64,000 nucleotides of DNA from assembly GCA_009838625.1 (NCBI GenBank), contig VXRG01000039.1, forward strand, positions 401 to 64,400, given 5' to 3'. The stretch is from Caldilineaceae bacterium SB0664_bin_27 (lineage in GTDB: Bacteria; Chloroflexota; Anaerolineae; Caldilineales; Caldilineaceae). A program made the position numbers and the translations under genes. Below are positions 17,837 to 28,379 of this stretch, piece by piece; the first letter of the stretch is position 1; each line of letters begins with the position of its first letter. Below the pieces are notes generated by a model. That model saw only the letters and a program-made list of their open reading frames with translations. It had not been told where the DNA came from and ran no database searches.

Positions 17837-19582
17837 ATGACTGAGCAGACAGTGACTGAGCCGACCGCAGCCGAGCAGACCACAGCCGAAACCGGCCGCC
17901 TGGCGATGATCCGCCGCCTCTACCTCTATCTCATCGCCTTCATCAGCCTGATCGCCGGGCTCTCGGCCGCCTACGGCCTGATCGAAGCGCTGATCAGACT
18001 GTGGATCCCGGACGGGGCCGTTCCAGGGCTTTCCGCCACCGGCTCGGTGCAGAGAGCCATCGCCCAGCCTGGCGGCTTTCTGATCGTCAGCGCACCCATC
18101 TTTCTCGTCCACTGGCGCTATATCCGCCGCCTGGTGCTGCAACCCGGTGAATCGCGCGCGGCCCTGCGCAAGCTGTTCATCTACGCCGCGCTTGCTACCA
18201 CAGCCTATGTCAGCGCCCGCGCCCTCTATCACATCATTGAAGGCAGCTTCCAACTCCTGCTCGGCGCCGCGCCGTCCGAGGAAGAACTGCGACCGGGCGG
18301 GTGGGTGGCACAGTTTTTCCACGCCGGCATCCATCTGATTCTATCGCTTTATTTCGCTCGTTTGCTCCAGGAGGACGGCGATCTGGGTGTCGAACTGGGC
18401 TGGGCCGGCAGCTGGCGGCGGCTCTTTCAGCTGCTGGTCGGCCTGGTTGCGCTTGGCTTGCTGCTCACCGGGGCCGCCGACATCCTCAACTTCGTCTGGC
18501 GCGCCCTCCTGGAGCCGCTCGGCGCCTCCAGCCTGGCGACGGTGGGAACAGGCTGGTGGCAGCGCGGCATTTCCGGTTCACTGGCCGCCGTTCTGGTCGG
18601 CGGGCTGGCCTGGCGGCTGAACAATCTCTACTGGAATGCGCTGATGACCGCGCAGCCGCCCGAAGGCCGCATGGCTCTGCGGCGCCTCTATCTCTACGTC
18701 GCCACCGTACTCGCGGCGGCCATCACCCTCGTTCCGGTGGCGATGCTGTTGAGACTGGGCGTCCTCTTTCTCTTCGGCGGCGTCGATACCGGCGACATCG
18801 ACATCGATGATCTCACCACGCCCCTCGGCCTGCTTCCGGTAGGCGCGCTGGCCTGGCGCTGGCACTGGCTGCAGGTCTCCGCCGAGGCGCAGCGTTACGG
18901 CGACTCACGCGAGAGCGAGTTCGTGCGGCGGCTCTACTACTATGCAGTCGCCGCCACCGGCCTGCTTATGCTCTGGATAGGGCTGGTCGATCTGGTGCGG
19001 GCCTTGCTGGATCTCGCCATCATCGGCTCGACTTCCGTCGAAGAGGGCTTTCGCGCCCACCAGTTCGCCAGCGGCGTGAGCCTTATCGCGGTCGGCGCAC
19101 CTGTCTGGTCGCTGCACTGGCGCACCGCGCAGCGCGCGGCCGAGCAGGACAATGAGGCCGGCCGCGCTGAGCGCGCATCCTGGCCACGCCGCATCTACCT
19201 CTACGGCATCGCCTTCGTAGGCGCGCTCCTGATCCTCTTCGAGCTGGCGCAGGTCGTCTACCGGCTGCTCCTGTGGGCGCTCGGCGACCCCAATGCCGAC
19301 TTCTTCGGCGCCGAGACGTTGGATGGGCTGGTGCGCGCCGTCGTAGCGGCCGCCTTCTGGGCCGTCCACATACTCGCCATTCGCGACGACACACGCATGG
19401 TGGACAAGGAGGCAGAGGCCGCGGCGCGCGAAAGCGAACAGAAGGAACGCCGCCGCGAGGACTTGGCTGCCCGCATCGAAGAGCTGGAGACCGAACTATC
19501 CGCCCTGCGCGCCGAGCTAGCCGAGTTGGAGGAAGAAGAGCAAGGAGCTGATGAAGAGCAGGAAAAGAACGAGGAGGAGTGA
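17837..19582 (+). CDS. 12-TM membrane protein built from six 2-TM repeats, with a C-terminal coiled-coil and acidic tail
   Basis: The motif R-R-(L/I)-(Y/F)-(L/Y/I)-Y recurs six times (IRRLYLY, LRKLFIY, WRRLFQL, LRRLYLY, VRRLYYY, PRRIYLY). Each copy is followed by two hydrophobic helices. The tail is ELETELSALRAELAELEEEEQ. Confidence 0.7.
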   Translation: MTEQTVTEPTAAEQTTAETGRLAMIRRLYLYLIAFISLIAGLSAAYGLIEALIRLWIPDGAVPGLSATGSVQRAIAQPGGFLIVSAPIFLVHWRYIRRLVLQPGESRAALRKLFIYAALATTAYVSARALYHIIEGSFQLLLGAAPSEEELRPGGWVAQFFHAGIHLILSLYFARLLQEDGDLGVELGWAGSWRRLFQLLVGLVALGLLLTGAADILNFVWRALLEPLGASSLATVGTGWWQRGISGSLAAVLVGGLAWRLNNLYWNALMTAQPPEGRMALRRLYLYVATVLAAAITLVPVAMLLRLGVLFLFGGVDTGDIDIDDLTTPLGLLPVGALAWRWHWLQVSAEAQRYGDSRESEFVRRLYYYAVAATGLLMLWIGLVDLVRALLDLAIIGSTSVEEGFRAHQFASGVSLIAVGAPVWSLHWRTAQRAAEQDNEAGRAERASWPRRIYLYGIAFVGALLILFELAQVVYRLLLWALGDPNADFFGAETLDGLVRAVVAAAFWAVHILAIRDDTRMVDKEAEAAARESEQKERRREDLAARIEELETELSALRAELAELEEEEQGADEEQEKNEEE

Positions 19583-19585
19583 GGT

Positions 19586-19611
19586 GGGAGTACAGCTTCT
19601 CGTGTACTCCC
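19586..19611. terminator. perfect 9-bp stem-loop between convergent genes (possible terminator)
   Basis: gggagtaca (19586-19594) / loop gcttctcg / tgtactccc (19603-19611), 3 nt after the + strand stop and 9 nt from the - strand stop. There is no clear U-tract. Confidence 0.4.
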
Positions 19612-19619
19612 AAAATCCG

Positions 19620-20195
19620 TTAGTTTCCCGCATCCGCGGCAAGCTCCAGAAGCTTCCGCACCGTCCTCCAGTTTCGTGACGTACTGGTCGTCGAGAGCTT
19701 GGAGTCGAAGTAGCTGTTCGTGAGCTTGGAGCGCGCAACACCGTTCGGGCAGTGCAGATAGATTTCACGCCCCTGCACCGCGAACTCGTCGCCCGGCGAG
19801 CGCGCCGGGTCCAGCGCTTCAACGCTGTCGCTGTCGGGCAGCTCCGCCAAAAACATGACGTGCAGTTTGTCCGCTTCCGCGCCGGCGGCCAGGAAAGGAT
19901 TGGCCTTCACGATCTCCTGTAGTTCCTGACCCGTGCGGGTAACCACGGGAACCTGGTAACCATACCGGTTCCGGATCGACGCACTGATGATCGCTGAGAT
20001 CTCTTCTACGTCCGCGGACCCCGTCCGAAACAGGACGTTCCCACTCTGAATGTAGGTCCGAACTTCATCGCATCCGGCGTCCGCGAACAGCGCCGCGAGC
20101 TCCTTCATCGGCAGCTTGTTCTTGCCGCCCACGTTTATTCCACGCAGCAGCGCAATATTGATATCTGGATTGCAATTCATGGTGTTCTCTGACAT
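19620..20195 (-). CDS. DUF1697 domain-containing protein
   Basis: IALLRGINVGGKNKLPMKELAALF...YIQSGNVLF is the hallmark DUF1697 N-terminus. Start at 20195 or 20180. Confidence 0.75.
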   Translation of the reverse strand: MSENTMNCNPDINIALLRGINVGGKNKLPMKELAALFADAGCDEVRTYIQSGNVLFRTGSADVEEISAIISASIRNRYGYQVPVVTRTGQELQEIVKANPFLAAGAEADKLHVMFLAELPDSDSVEALDPARSPGDEFAVQGREIYLHCPNGVARSKLTNSYFDSKLSTTSTSRNWRTVRKLLELAADAGN

Positions 20196-20433
20196 GCCCG
20201 CTCTCTTTCCTGTCGAGTCCAACGGCCTGCACTCCAACTTCAGAAGTCGTCCAACTCCAACGGTATCACTGTCTTCTTTAGGGCGTCAAACAGCGCCATG
20301 ATGCCAACCGCATGAATGCGGTGGCCCTCTTTCTTCACCCATGACTATGTGCGGCCGCTGCGCATCTTGACGTATACTCAGCAGGAAAGCAGTTCGACGG
20401 TGCGCTTTCCACCCCGCAACGGAGACATCACAC

Positions 20434-23400
20434 ATGCAGCAATCCCCCACCCATGTCGTACACCTCGAACAAGCCCAGGAGCGTCTGAAACGCCTCCTGC
20501 GCGATCATCAGGCCGAGGACCGTTTCGCCCCTGCCACCGTCGTCGTACCAACACCCTATGCCGGACTCTACCTGCGCCGCGCTTTCGGCAGGAGCGGCCT
20601 TGTAAACGTTCGTTTCATACCGCTCGCCCGTCTCGCGGAGCTGCTCGGGGCGCCCAGCCTGGCTGACGCCGGCCGCAGTCCGCTCAAGCCCGCTATCGAA
20701 TCCGCCGCCGTCCGCCGCGTTGCCGGCGAGGCCGAGGGCGAGCTTGAACCCTTTCGCACTCATCCCTCCTTCCACAGCAGCCTGCGCAAGACATTCAGGG
20801 ACCTGCGACCTGCCGCTCCTGACGCCCTTTCCGGGTTGGAACGACTCGGGGGAGTCTCCGGCGAAACTGTCCGGCTGTACACACGCTATCGCGACCGCAC
20901 CAGGGCATACTACGACCGGGAAGCGCTCGCAGAAGCCGCCGCCGAGGCCGTGCGTACCGGCCGCGCCGGCGCCGCCCTCGACTCGCTCGGCCGCGTTATC
21001 GCTTACCTGCCGCGCACCCTGACGCCCGCCGAGCAGCGCCTGTTCGACGCGCTCCGCGACGCACAAAACTGCGAGACGATCCTGGCCGCCACCGGCGATC
21101 CGGAGGCCGACACTGTCCTACCCAAGACGGCCGCGCAGCCGCCCGCGTCCTCACGGCCAACCCCACCTCAGACGCAACTGCTCGTCGCATCCGACACCGG
21201 CGAAGAGGTGCGCAACATCGTCCGGTCGGTGGCAGCCGCCGTCCACGCTGGCGCCCCCTTCCACCGCATCGCGATTCTGTACTGGCAGCGGGAGCCGTAT
21301 GCCGCGCTCATCGCAGAGCAGCTGACCGCCGCCGGCATCCCCATCGCCGGCCCGTCAACCGAAACCCTGGCCGCGACACCGGTCGGGCGAATGCTCACAG
21401 GCATCGTCGATCTTGCCGGCGGTGACCTGCCCAGGGAAGAAGTGATGCGCTGGCTCACCTCCTGCCCGGTCAAAGCCGCATCTGATCGATACAGCCCCTC
21501 CCGCTGGGACGCGGTCTCACGAGACGCGGGCGTCGTCGCCGGCATTGAGCAGTGGCGCGACCGCCTTGCAAATTTTGCGAAGAGCCGGCAGCGCACGGCC
21601 GCGAGCCAGGACGAAGAGCGATCCGAAGGCGAAGAAAATGAGTTGGCGCAGTCGGCGGCAGAAGCGTGGGCGCTGCGCAGTTTTGTGTTGAGGTTGCACG
21701 AGACCCTCAACCGCGCCGGGGAAAGCCTGACCTGGGCGGCCCTCGTCAATTGGTCCAATGAACTCATCAATCACTACCTCGACGAAGACTCTCTCCCACC
21801 TGTAGAGCAGGATAATCTCGACACCCTGAAGACGGCTCTGCAGGAGCTGGCGATTCTCGACACGGTGGAGGAATCCGCCGATCTGGACGCGTTTCGGACC
21901 GCACTCGACGAAGCCCTCAATCGAGCCGCTGCGAGAGCGGGCGCTTTGGGGGAAGGCCTGTTCGTCGGCTCCGTCAGGCTCGCCGCCGGAATGCGCTTCG
22001 ACAAGGTGTACCTCGTGGGCATGGTCGAGGGCCTGGTCCCCCCGCAACTGTCCGACGATCCCCTCGTACCGCATTCGGAACGGGAGCGGGTGGGACTTCC
22101 TCTCCGCTCAACCGCCGTTGAACGGTACGACTACCTCGCCGCCGCCGCGTCCGGGCGCACCCGCGTGCTCACCTACGCCCGCGGCAATAACATCGCCCAG
22201 CGCGAGCAGCACCCGTCCCGCTGGTTCCTCGAAGAGGCCACCCGCCTCTATGGCTCCTCCGTCTACCCTACGATGCTCTCCAATGCCCGTGACCTCGCTC
22301 GGCTCCGAGAACAACCCTGGTTCGAAGAAGTGGTATCGGCCCAGCACGGCATCAACACCGTCGCCGCGTCGCAGCCCGCCGACATCCACGACTACGATCT
22401 CCACCGCCTGTCGCAATGGCGGCAGCTCGGCAACCCCATAGGCGCCCATCATCTCGCCAGCTCAGAACCCGTACTGTCCCGCGCCCTTGAGATGCAGCAG
22501 GCCAGGATCGCAGCGCCGTTGACACTCTGGGACGGAGACCTGTCGTCGGCCTCCTCTGCCGGCGGTCGCACCGGGCCCTCCAACCCTGAACCTTTTTCGC
22601 CAACGCGCCTGCAAACCTGGGCGACCTGCCCCTTCCGCTACTTCCTCGCCAACGAGCTCGGCATCGCCGCGCCCGAGCAGCCGGAGGAGCTGGCCACCAT
22701 CTCGGCCTTGGAAAAAGGATCGCTGCTGCACACCATCCTCGAACGCTTCATTCGGGACACGCAGCAGCAAAGCGCCATCCCCGCGCCCGACGAGTCCTGG
22801 AGCGAGGACCAGCGCCGCCGGCTCTTCCAGATCGCAGCAGAAGAGTTCCGGAACGCCGAGCAGGGCGGCGTCACCGGCAAACCCCTCCTCTGGGAGCTGG
22901 CCAGGAACGAAATGCTCAGCGACCTGGACAGATTCCTGAAGGAAGACGCCAAACTGCGCAAAAAGCATGGGGTATCGCCCCACGCCGTCGAGAGCGCTTT
23001 CGGACTTTCCGACAACGAAGATCACGCGGCCCTGGATGCAGTCGATTGGTCGAGCGACAAGACGGGCGCGCTTCGCTTTCGCGGCAAGATCGACCGCATC
23101 GACCTCTCCCCGTCCGGCGATACCGCCCTTGTTCTCGACTACAAGACGGGAGGAACGAGCGGTTACGCAAACATGAACAGAGACCCCCTCCAGCGCGGCA
23201 AACTCCTGCAGCTGCCAGTATACGGTCTCGCCGCCCAGCAACTGCTGGACGATGGGGTCGACGTGCGAGTCGCCTACTGGTTCGTGACCGAAAAGGGGAA
23301 ATTTGCCACCCGCCCCTCCAATCCGAAAACACTCGAAGAGATGCTTGACGCCTTCAGCGATGTCGTTGGCGCCATCACCGGCGGCATCGGCGCCCGCCTC

Positions 23401-23556
23401 TTCCCAGCCAATCCGGGCAGGGATGGCAGCAACTGCCGCTATTGCGACTTTAAGAATCTCTGCCCCACCCGCCGTGAGTGGCACTGGCGGCGCAAACGCA
23501 ACGATCCACGCCTGTCCGCCTACGTAGCGATGGCCGACGAGGAGGCAAGCCGATGA
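20434..23556 (+). CDS. addB: AddB-like helicase-nuclease subunit (PD-(D/E)XK nuclease with iron-staple Cys cluster; no Walker A seen)
   Basis: C-terminal GKIDRIDL...LVLDYKTG nuclease motif. Cys ligands WATCPFRYF plus CRYCDFKNLC. Stop overlaps the addA start (ATGA at 23553-23556). Confidence 0.75.
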   Translation: MQQSPTHVVHLEQAQERLKRLLRDHQAEDRFAPATVVVPTPYAGLYLRRAFGRSGLVNVRFIPLARLAELLGAPSLADAGRSPLKPAIESAAVRRVAGEAEGELEPFRTHPSFHSSLRKTFRDLRPAAPDALSGLERLGGVSGETVRLYTRYRDRTRAYYDREALAEAAAEAVRTGRAGAALDSLGRVIAYLPRTLTPAEQRLFDALRDAQNCETILAATGDPEADTVLPKTAAQPPASSRPTPPQTQLLVASDTGEEVRNIVRSVAAAVHAGAPFHRIAILYWQREPYAALIAEQLTAAGIPIAGPSTETLAATPVGRMLTGIVDLAGGDLPREEVMRWLTSCPVKAASDRYSPSRWDAVSRDAGVVAGIEQWRDRLANFAKSRQRTAASQDEERSEGEENELAQSAAEAWALRSFVLRLHETLNRAGESLTWAALVNWSNELINHYLDEDSLPPVEQDNLDTLKTALQELAILDTVEESADLDAFRTALDEALNRAAARAGALGEGLFVGSVRLAAGMRFDKVYLVGMVEGLVPPQLSDDPLVPHSERERVGLPLRSTAVERYDYLAAAASGRTRVLTYARGNNIAQREQHPSRWFLEEATRLYGSSVYPTMLSNARDLARLREQPWFEEVVSAQHGINTVAASQPADIHDYDLHRLSQWRQLGNPIGAHHLASSEPVLSRALEMQQARIAAPLTLWDGDLSSASSAGGRTGPSNPEPFSPTRLQTWATCPFRYFLANELGIAAPEQPEELATISALEKGSLLHTILERFIRDTQQQSAIPAPDESWSEDQRRRLFQIAAEEFRNAEQGGVTGKPLLWELARNEMLSDLDRFLKEDAKLRKKHGVSPHAVESAFGLSDNEDHAALDAVDWSSDKTGALRFRGKIDRIDLSPSGDTALVLDYKTGGTSGYANMNRDPLQRGKLLQLPVYGLAAQQLLDDGVDVRVAYWFVTEKGKFATRPSNPKTLEEMLDAFSDVVGAITGGIGARLFPANPGRDGSNCRYCDFKNLCPTRREWHWRRKRNDPRLSAYVAMADEEASR

Positions 23557-26500
23557 GAGCTCTCTCCGACCAGCCGGCACGCGACGCAATTCTGGAACAC
23601 CTCGACGATAATATGGTCGTCGAAGCCGGCGCGGGCACCGGTAAAACACGCAGCCTCGTCGATCGCGTCGTCGCCCTCATCAAGTCCGGACGGGCAAACC
23701 TGGGCGGGATCGCCGCCATCACCTTCACCGAGTTGGCCGCGGCTGAGCTGCGCGCCCGCATCACAGAGAACCTTGAACTGGCCGCCGACAACCCAGGCCT
23801 GCCCCAGGACCAGCGGGAGCGCTGCCAGCGCGCCGTGGCAGAACTCGACCAGGCCTCCATTCAGACGCTGCACAGCTTCGCCGGCAGTCTCCTGGGCGAG
23901 CGTCCGCTGGCAGCAGGCCTGCCGCCGGGCTTCACCATCCGCGACGAGATCGAGGCCGAGATCGCATTCGAAAACCGCTGGGCAGCATGGCTGGACGCAG
24001 CCCTCGACGACCCCGAGGCGCAGCAGGCCCTCCGCCCCGCCCTGGCCGCAGATATGACCCTTGACCACATGCGCAAGATCGCGGACAGTTTTCACAATAA
24101 CTACGACCTGCTCGCCGCTGCCTCATTCGCAGCGCCTTCATCCCGGCAGTCTGAAGACGAGCAGCCGCCGGAACTGCTCCCGGTGCTCGAACTGCTGCGC
24201 AGCTTTACGCTCGATTACGCCCGCGAACGGAGGGACGCCGGCCAGGTCGAGTTCCTCGACATGCTCGTCCTCGCACGCGATCTTCTCCGGGACAGTCTCG
24301 CTGCACGCGACCACTTTCGCGCTCGTTTCACCCACATCCTTATCGATGAAATGCAGGATACCGACCCGCTGCAGGCGGAAATCGCCCTGTTCCTGGCCGA
24401 AGAGGCCTCCGATCGCACAAACCCCGACGACCGTCCCAGGGACTGGCGCAAGGTGCAGCCCGCTGCCGGTAAACTCTTCATCGTCGGCGACCCCAAACAG
24501 TCGATCTACCGTTTCCGCCGCGCCGACATTCAACAGGTCGAACTGATGCGACAGGCGGTCGGCGGAGAAAACGTCCTGCTCCAACAGAACTTCCGCTCGC
24601 TTTCCCCTGTCATCGACTGGGTCAACCACATCTTCAGCCAGTGGATGCAAGGCCAGGCGCAAGCCGTCTATGCGCCCCTCGTCACCGGCGCGCAGGACGG
24701 CCGCCCGCCCCCCGTCCGCATCATGGGCGGCGAAGTCGAAGGGCTCATAGGCGTCGTACGCCGCCAGGAAGCCGAAGCCATCGCCAATGGCGTCCGGACG
24801 GCCATGGAGGAGGGCTGGCAGGTCCGTTCGGAGGAAGAAGAAGGCGTCCTGCGCCCTGCCGTCTACCAGGACATCTGCGTTTTGATGCCGCGCCGCGCCG
24901 GCTTTGACGCCCTGGAGATCGCATTCGAAGAAGCGGGCATCCCCTTCCGGCTCGAAAGCGCCTCCCTCATCTACAACACGCAGGAGGCGCGCGACCTGCT
25001 CAACTGCCTCGCCGCCATTGACGATCCGACCAACCCCGTAGCGGTCGCAGCCGCGCTGCGCTCCCCCGCCCTCGCCTGCTCCGATGCCGACCTGCTGACG
25101 TTTGTCGAAAAGGGCGGCCGGTTCGACTACCTCGCCCAGGACTGTCCCCCGTCCGGTTGCGTCGCCGACGCACTGGCCGTCCTGAGAAAGTTCCACGAAT
25201 GCCGCAAATGGACCGCCCCGGCGACGCTCATCGAGCAGTTTGTGCGTACGTGCCGGCTCCGCGAACTGGCCCTCAACGAACGCTATTCGCGCGGTCGATG
25301 GACGCGTTACGGCTTTCTGATAGACCGCGCTCGCGCCTTCGCCGCCACAGGAGAAGCCTCCCTGCGCGCATTCCTCGCCTGGACCGAACGCCAGCGCGAA
25401 GAACGCGTACGTGCGCGTGAGACCGTCGTCCGTGAGTCCGATGCCGGCGCAGTCAGCGTAATGACAATCCACGGCGCCAAGGGGTTGGAATTCCCCATCG
25501 TCTTCCTTGCCGGGTTGAACGCGACAAGAGGCCCCAATCCCGATCCCGTGCTTTTCGATCGGAAGAGCGGTCGGATCGAAGCAAAAGCCTCTCTCCAAAC
25601 GGCCGGATATCAAGAGCTGGCCGACTTCGAAAAGGAGCGCGCGGAAGAGGAGCACGTGCGGCTGGTCTACGTCGCCGCGACCCGCGCCCGAGATCACCTC
25701 GTCGTCAGCCTCTACCACAAAGCAGGGAGCAAGAAATCTGCGGCCGCCCACATCGATTCGTTCATGCAGGGCGCAGATCATCTCTGGCAGCGATTCGATC
25801 CCCCGGCAGTCCCCGCACCGTCCGTTCCGGTTTCCCCCGGTGAAGCAGCGGCCGACGATGATACCCCCACCGCGCGCGAACGCTGGCAGCAGCAGAGGCG
25901 CGAGCTCTATGCAGCCCGCAGCCTGCCCATCTCCGCGGCCGCCACCCGTCTCGCCCGGTATGAGCAGGACGAGAAGGAGGAACAGGACGTCCCCGACGAA
26001 CCCTGGCGCCGCGGTCGCGCCGGGACCAATTTCGGTCGCGCCGTTCACGCCGTGTTGCAGGTTGTCGATCTGCACAAGGGTAGCGACCTCGAGAAAAACG
26101 TGCAGGCGCAAGCCGCGGCCGAGGGTGTGCCTGAGCGAGCGGATGAGATCGGACGCCTCGTACAACGCGCGCTCGACAGCTCCCTCGTGCAGCGCGCGCT
26201 GGCATCGAAGCGCTGGTGGCGGGAGGCGCCTGTGGCCGGCCCTGTCGGCGACGGCATCGTCGAAGGGTTCATTGACCTCCTCTTTGAGGAGGAGGACGGC
26301 TTCGTGATCGTGGACTTCAAGACCGACGCCGTCGGCTCCGAAGAAGAGGTCGAACAGGTGATGGCGCGCTACCGTCTGCAGGGCGGGGCCTACGCGCTCG
26401 CTCTGAGCAAAGCCGCCGGAGTCAAAGTGAAGGAGGTCTCGTTTCTTTTCCTCGAACCGAATCTTCAGAAATCCGTTGACAACCTCCCGCAGGCGCAGGA

Positions 26501-26558
26501 GGAAGCCGAGAGGGCGGCGCTGGCCTTCCTTACAAGTCCGCCATCAGCAACGCACTAG
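23553..26558 (+). CDS. addA: AddA/UvrD-type ATP-dependent helicase-nuclease subunit
   Basis: Walker A EAGAGTGKT, DEMQDT, FIVGDPKQSIYRFRRAD, TIHGAKGLEFP, YVAATRARDHL. C-terminal RecB-type nuclease GFIDLLFEE..IVDFKTD. Confidence 0.85.
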   Translation: MRALSDQPARDAILEHLDDNMVVEAGAGTGKTRSLVDRVVALIKSGRANLGGIAAITFTELAAAELRARITENLELAADNPGLPQDQRERCQRAVAELDQASIQTLHSFAGSLLGERPLAAGLPPGFTIRDEIEAEIAFENRWAAWLDAALDDPEAQQALRPALAADMTLDHMRKIADSFHNNYDLLAAASFAAPSSRQSEDEQPPELLPVLELLRSFTLDYARERRDAGQVEFLDMLVLARDLLRDSLAARDHFRARFTHILIDEMQDTDPLQAEIALFLAEEASDRTNPDDRPRDWRKVQPAAGKLFIVGDPKQSIYRFRRADIQQVELMRQAVGGENVLLQQNFRSLSPVIDWVNHIFSQWMQGQAQAVYAPLVTGAQDGRPPPVRIMGGEVEGLIGVVRRQEAEAIANGVRTAMEEGWQVRSEEEEGVLRPAVYQDICVLMPRRAGFDALEIAFEEAGIPFRLESASLIYNTQEARDLLNCLAAIDDPTNPVAVAAALRSPALACSDADLLTFVEKGGRFDYLAQDCPPSGCVADALAVLRKFHECRKWTAPATLIEQFVRTCRLRELALNERYSRGRWTRYGFLIDRARAFAATGEASLRAFLAWTERQREERVRARETVVRESDAGAVSVMTIHGAKGLEFPIVFLAGLNATRGPNPDPVLFDRKSGRIEAKASLQTAGYQELADFEKERAEEEHVRLVYVAATRARDHLVVSLYHKAGSKKSAAAHIDSFMQGADHLWQRFDPPAVPAPSVPVSPGEAAADDDTPTARERWQQQRRELYAARSLPISAAATRLARYEQDEKEEQDVPDEPWRRGRAGTNFGRAVHAVLQVVDLHKGSDLEKNVQAQAAAEGVPERADEIGRLVQRALDSSLVQRALASKRWWREAPVAGPVGDGIVEGFIDLLFEEEDGFVIVDFKTDAVGSEEEVEQVMARYRLQGGAYALALSKAAGVKVKEVSFLFLEPNLQKSVDNLPQAQEEAERAALAFLTSPPSATH

Positions 26559-26662
26559 GCAACTGACGATGCCGCCGCTCAACTCCAATTTCGTAGCATT
26601 CCTCCAACCACAGCTTACTCAGACAGCTATCGCGCCGATACTGAACGCCGTCCTTCGCGGTC

Positions 26663-27289
26663 CTAATTTGCGTCCAGGATCTCCGCGACGGGCAGAGCAA
26701 GTTCCGGCAAAAGGGGAGATTTAACAATATCGCCGCGACCGAAGAGATCGCCTTCGGAGTAGACGTAGCCGGATAGGGACAGCACCGTGACTGTTTCCTG
26801 TTCAGGATCCACAATCCAGTACTCCTGGATGCCCACCCGTTCATATTCGAACCGTTTTGTCACCAGGTCCCGCTCGCGGTCTTCAAGGCCCCGGCTGACG
26901 ATTTCGATTGCCAAGTCGGCCCCATCCCAGAAGTTCTCTTGACGCAGGACGTTGTTGCGATCGAGCAAAAAGACGACATCCGGTTGCCGGTACTTCTGCT
27001 CCCACAAGCGTAACAGTAAACCACCCGGCCGGACCGCACCTCCAATTTGCCGAGCAATACTACTGAGAGCGAAGCACAGGAACATCATGATTCCCTGGTG
27101 CCTGTCGGTTGGCGCATCATGCACCTCTACAAAGCCATTGTCGAATTCGACGCGGCGGTTTGTCTCCAGCGCCAGATATTCCTGTTCACTCCATTCACCT
27201 TGATTTGGAAAGATGGTTGCGATTCGCCAAACCGGCGCTTCAGTTTCTGGACGACGCATTTGTGTATGGTTCCGCTGTCTGCGGTCCAT
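26663..27289 (-). CDS. Uma2-family (DUF820) restriction-endonuclease-like protein
   Basis: EYLALE...VEFDNGFVE, PDVVFL, ADLAIEIVS, K...YERVGIQEYWIVDP. The exact start is uncertain. Confidence 0.75.
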   Translation of the reverse strand: MDRRQRNHTQMRRPETEAPVWRIATIFPNQGEWSEQEYLALETNRRVEFDNGFVEVHDAPTDRHQGIMMFLCFALSSIARQIGGAVRPGGLLLRLWEQKYRQPDVVFLLDRNNVLRQENFWDGADLAIEIVSRGLEDRERDLVTKRFEYERVGIQEYWIVDPEQETVTVLSLSGYVYSEGDLFGRGDIVKSPLLPELALPVAEILDAN

Positions 27290-27353
27290 GCACGCGCAGC
27301 GACTGAGCTCACGTGCAGGCTTTGATTCAACTCAGAAAGAAAGCGAAAGGGAT

Positions 27354-28379
27354 CTACCCTGAGAGTTTCTTAATCACATCTGCCGCAGCGCTGTAGGGAT
27401 CAGTCTTCCGGCGCTGCATCAAGTCCACCAGATCCGAACGGAGACCCGGAGACAACGTCCGTTCCATCCGCGCCAACATTTCGGCTTGGACGAGCGTCTG
27501 CAGCATATGGTCAAGACGCATGCGTTCCCGCGTCGCCCTGGCGCCGCTCTCACCCAGCCATTCCCGGTGCCGATCGAGCGCATCCCGCAGCTGAGCCACG
27601 CCGCCCCCGCTGACCGCGATCGTCTTCAATACCGGAATCGACCATCCGTCCTCGGCTTCAGTGTCGGACTCTGCCGCGCCCGTCTCCATGCGTTGCCCGT
27701 GATGGATGACAGTCTGGGCCGCTGCCCCGCCCGTCTCCAACATCATCTCCAGCGCGGCGACCGTGCGCGCTGCGCCTCTACGGTCCGCCTTGTTGACGGC
27801 GAAAATATCGGCAATCTCCAGCAGGCCCGCTTTGATCGCCTGCACCTCGTCGCCGAGACCCGGCGCCTCTACCACTACGACTGAATCGGCAATGCGGGCG
27901 ATTTCGATTTCCGCCTGGCCGGCGCCCACCGTTTCCACAAGAACGCGGTCAAAACCGGCCGCGTCCAGCAGCAGTAGCGCATCCGCGCTCGCTTTGGCGA
28001 GGCCGCCCGTCCCCCAACGGGTCGCCATCGACCGGATGAAGACGCCGGCGTCACCGCTGTGGCTTGTCATGCGCACGCGGTCCCCCAGCAGCGCGCCGCC
28101 GCTGAAGGGACTGGTCGGGTCCACCGCCAGCACGCCAACGGTATCGCCGTTCGCACGGTAACTCTCGACCAGCGCCGAGACCAGCGTCGACTTGCCCGTG
28201 CCCGGAGCGCCGGTGATGCCGATCAAGTGCGCCTGGCCCGTGTGCGCGAAGACGGCCTTCACGATCCGGGCTGCCGCCCCCGCGTCGTCTTCCACGCGGC
28301 TGATGGCGCGCGCAAGCGCCAGCCGGTCGCCCCGGAGAAGATAGTCTATCAGTTGTTCCGTGGGTACTGGTTTGGGCAT
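27354..28379 (-). CDS. meaB: methylmalonyl-CoA mutase-associated G3E GTPase MeaB/ArgK
   Basis: Walker A GITGAPGTGKST, VETVGAGQ, NKADR. Start taken at MPKPVPT (ATG complement 28377-28379). Confidence 0.85.
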   Translation of the reverse strand: MPKPVPTEQLIDYLLRGDRLALARAISRVEDDAGAAARIVKAVFAHTGQAHLIGITGAPGTGKSTLVSALVESYRANGDTVGVLAVDPTSPFSGGALLGDRVRMTSHSGDAGVFIRSMATRWGTGGLAKASADALLLLDAAGFDRVLVETVGAGQAEIEIARIADSVVVVEAPGLGDEVQAIKAGLLEIADIFAVNKADRRGAARTVAALEMMLETGGAAAQTVIHHGQRMETGAAESDTEAEDGWSIPVLKTIAVSGGGVAQLRDALDRHREWLGESGARATRERMRLDHMLQTLVQAEMLARMERTLSPGLRSDLVDLMQRRKTDPYSAAADVIKKLSG

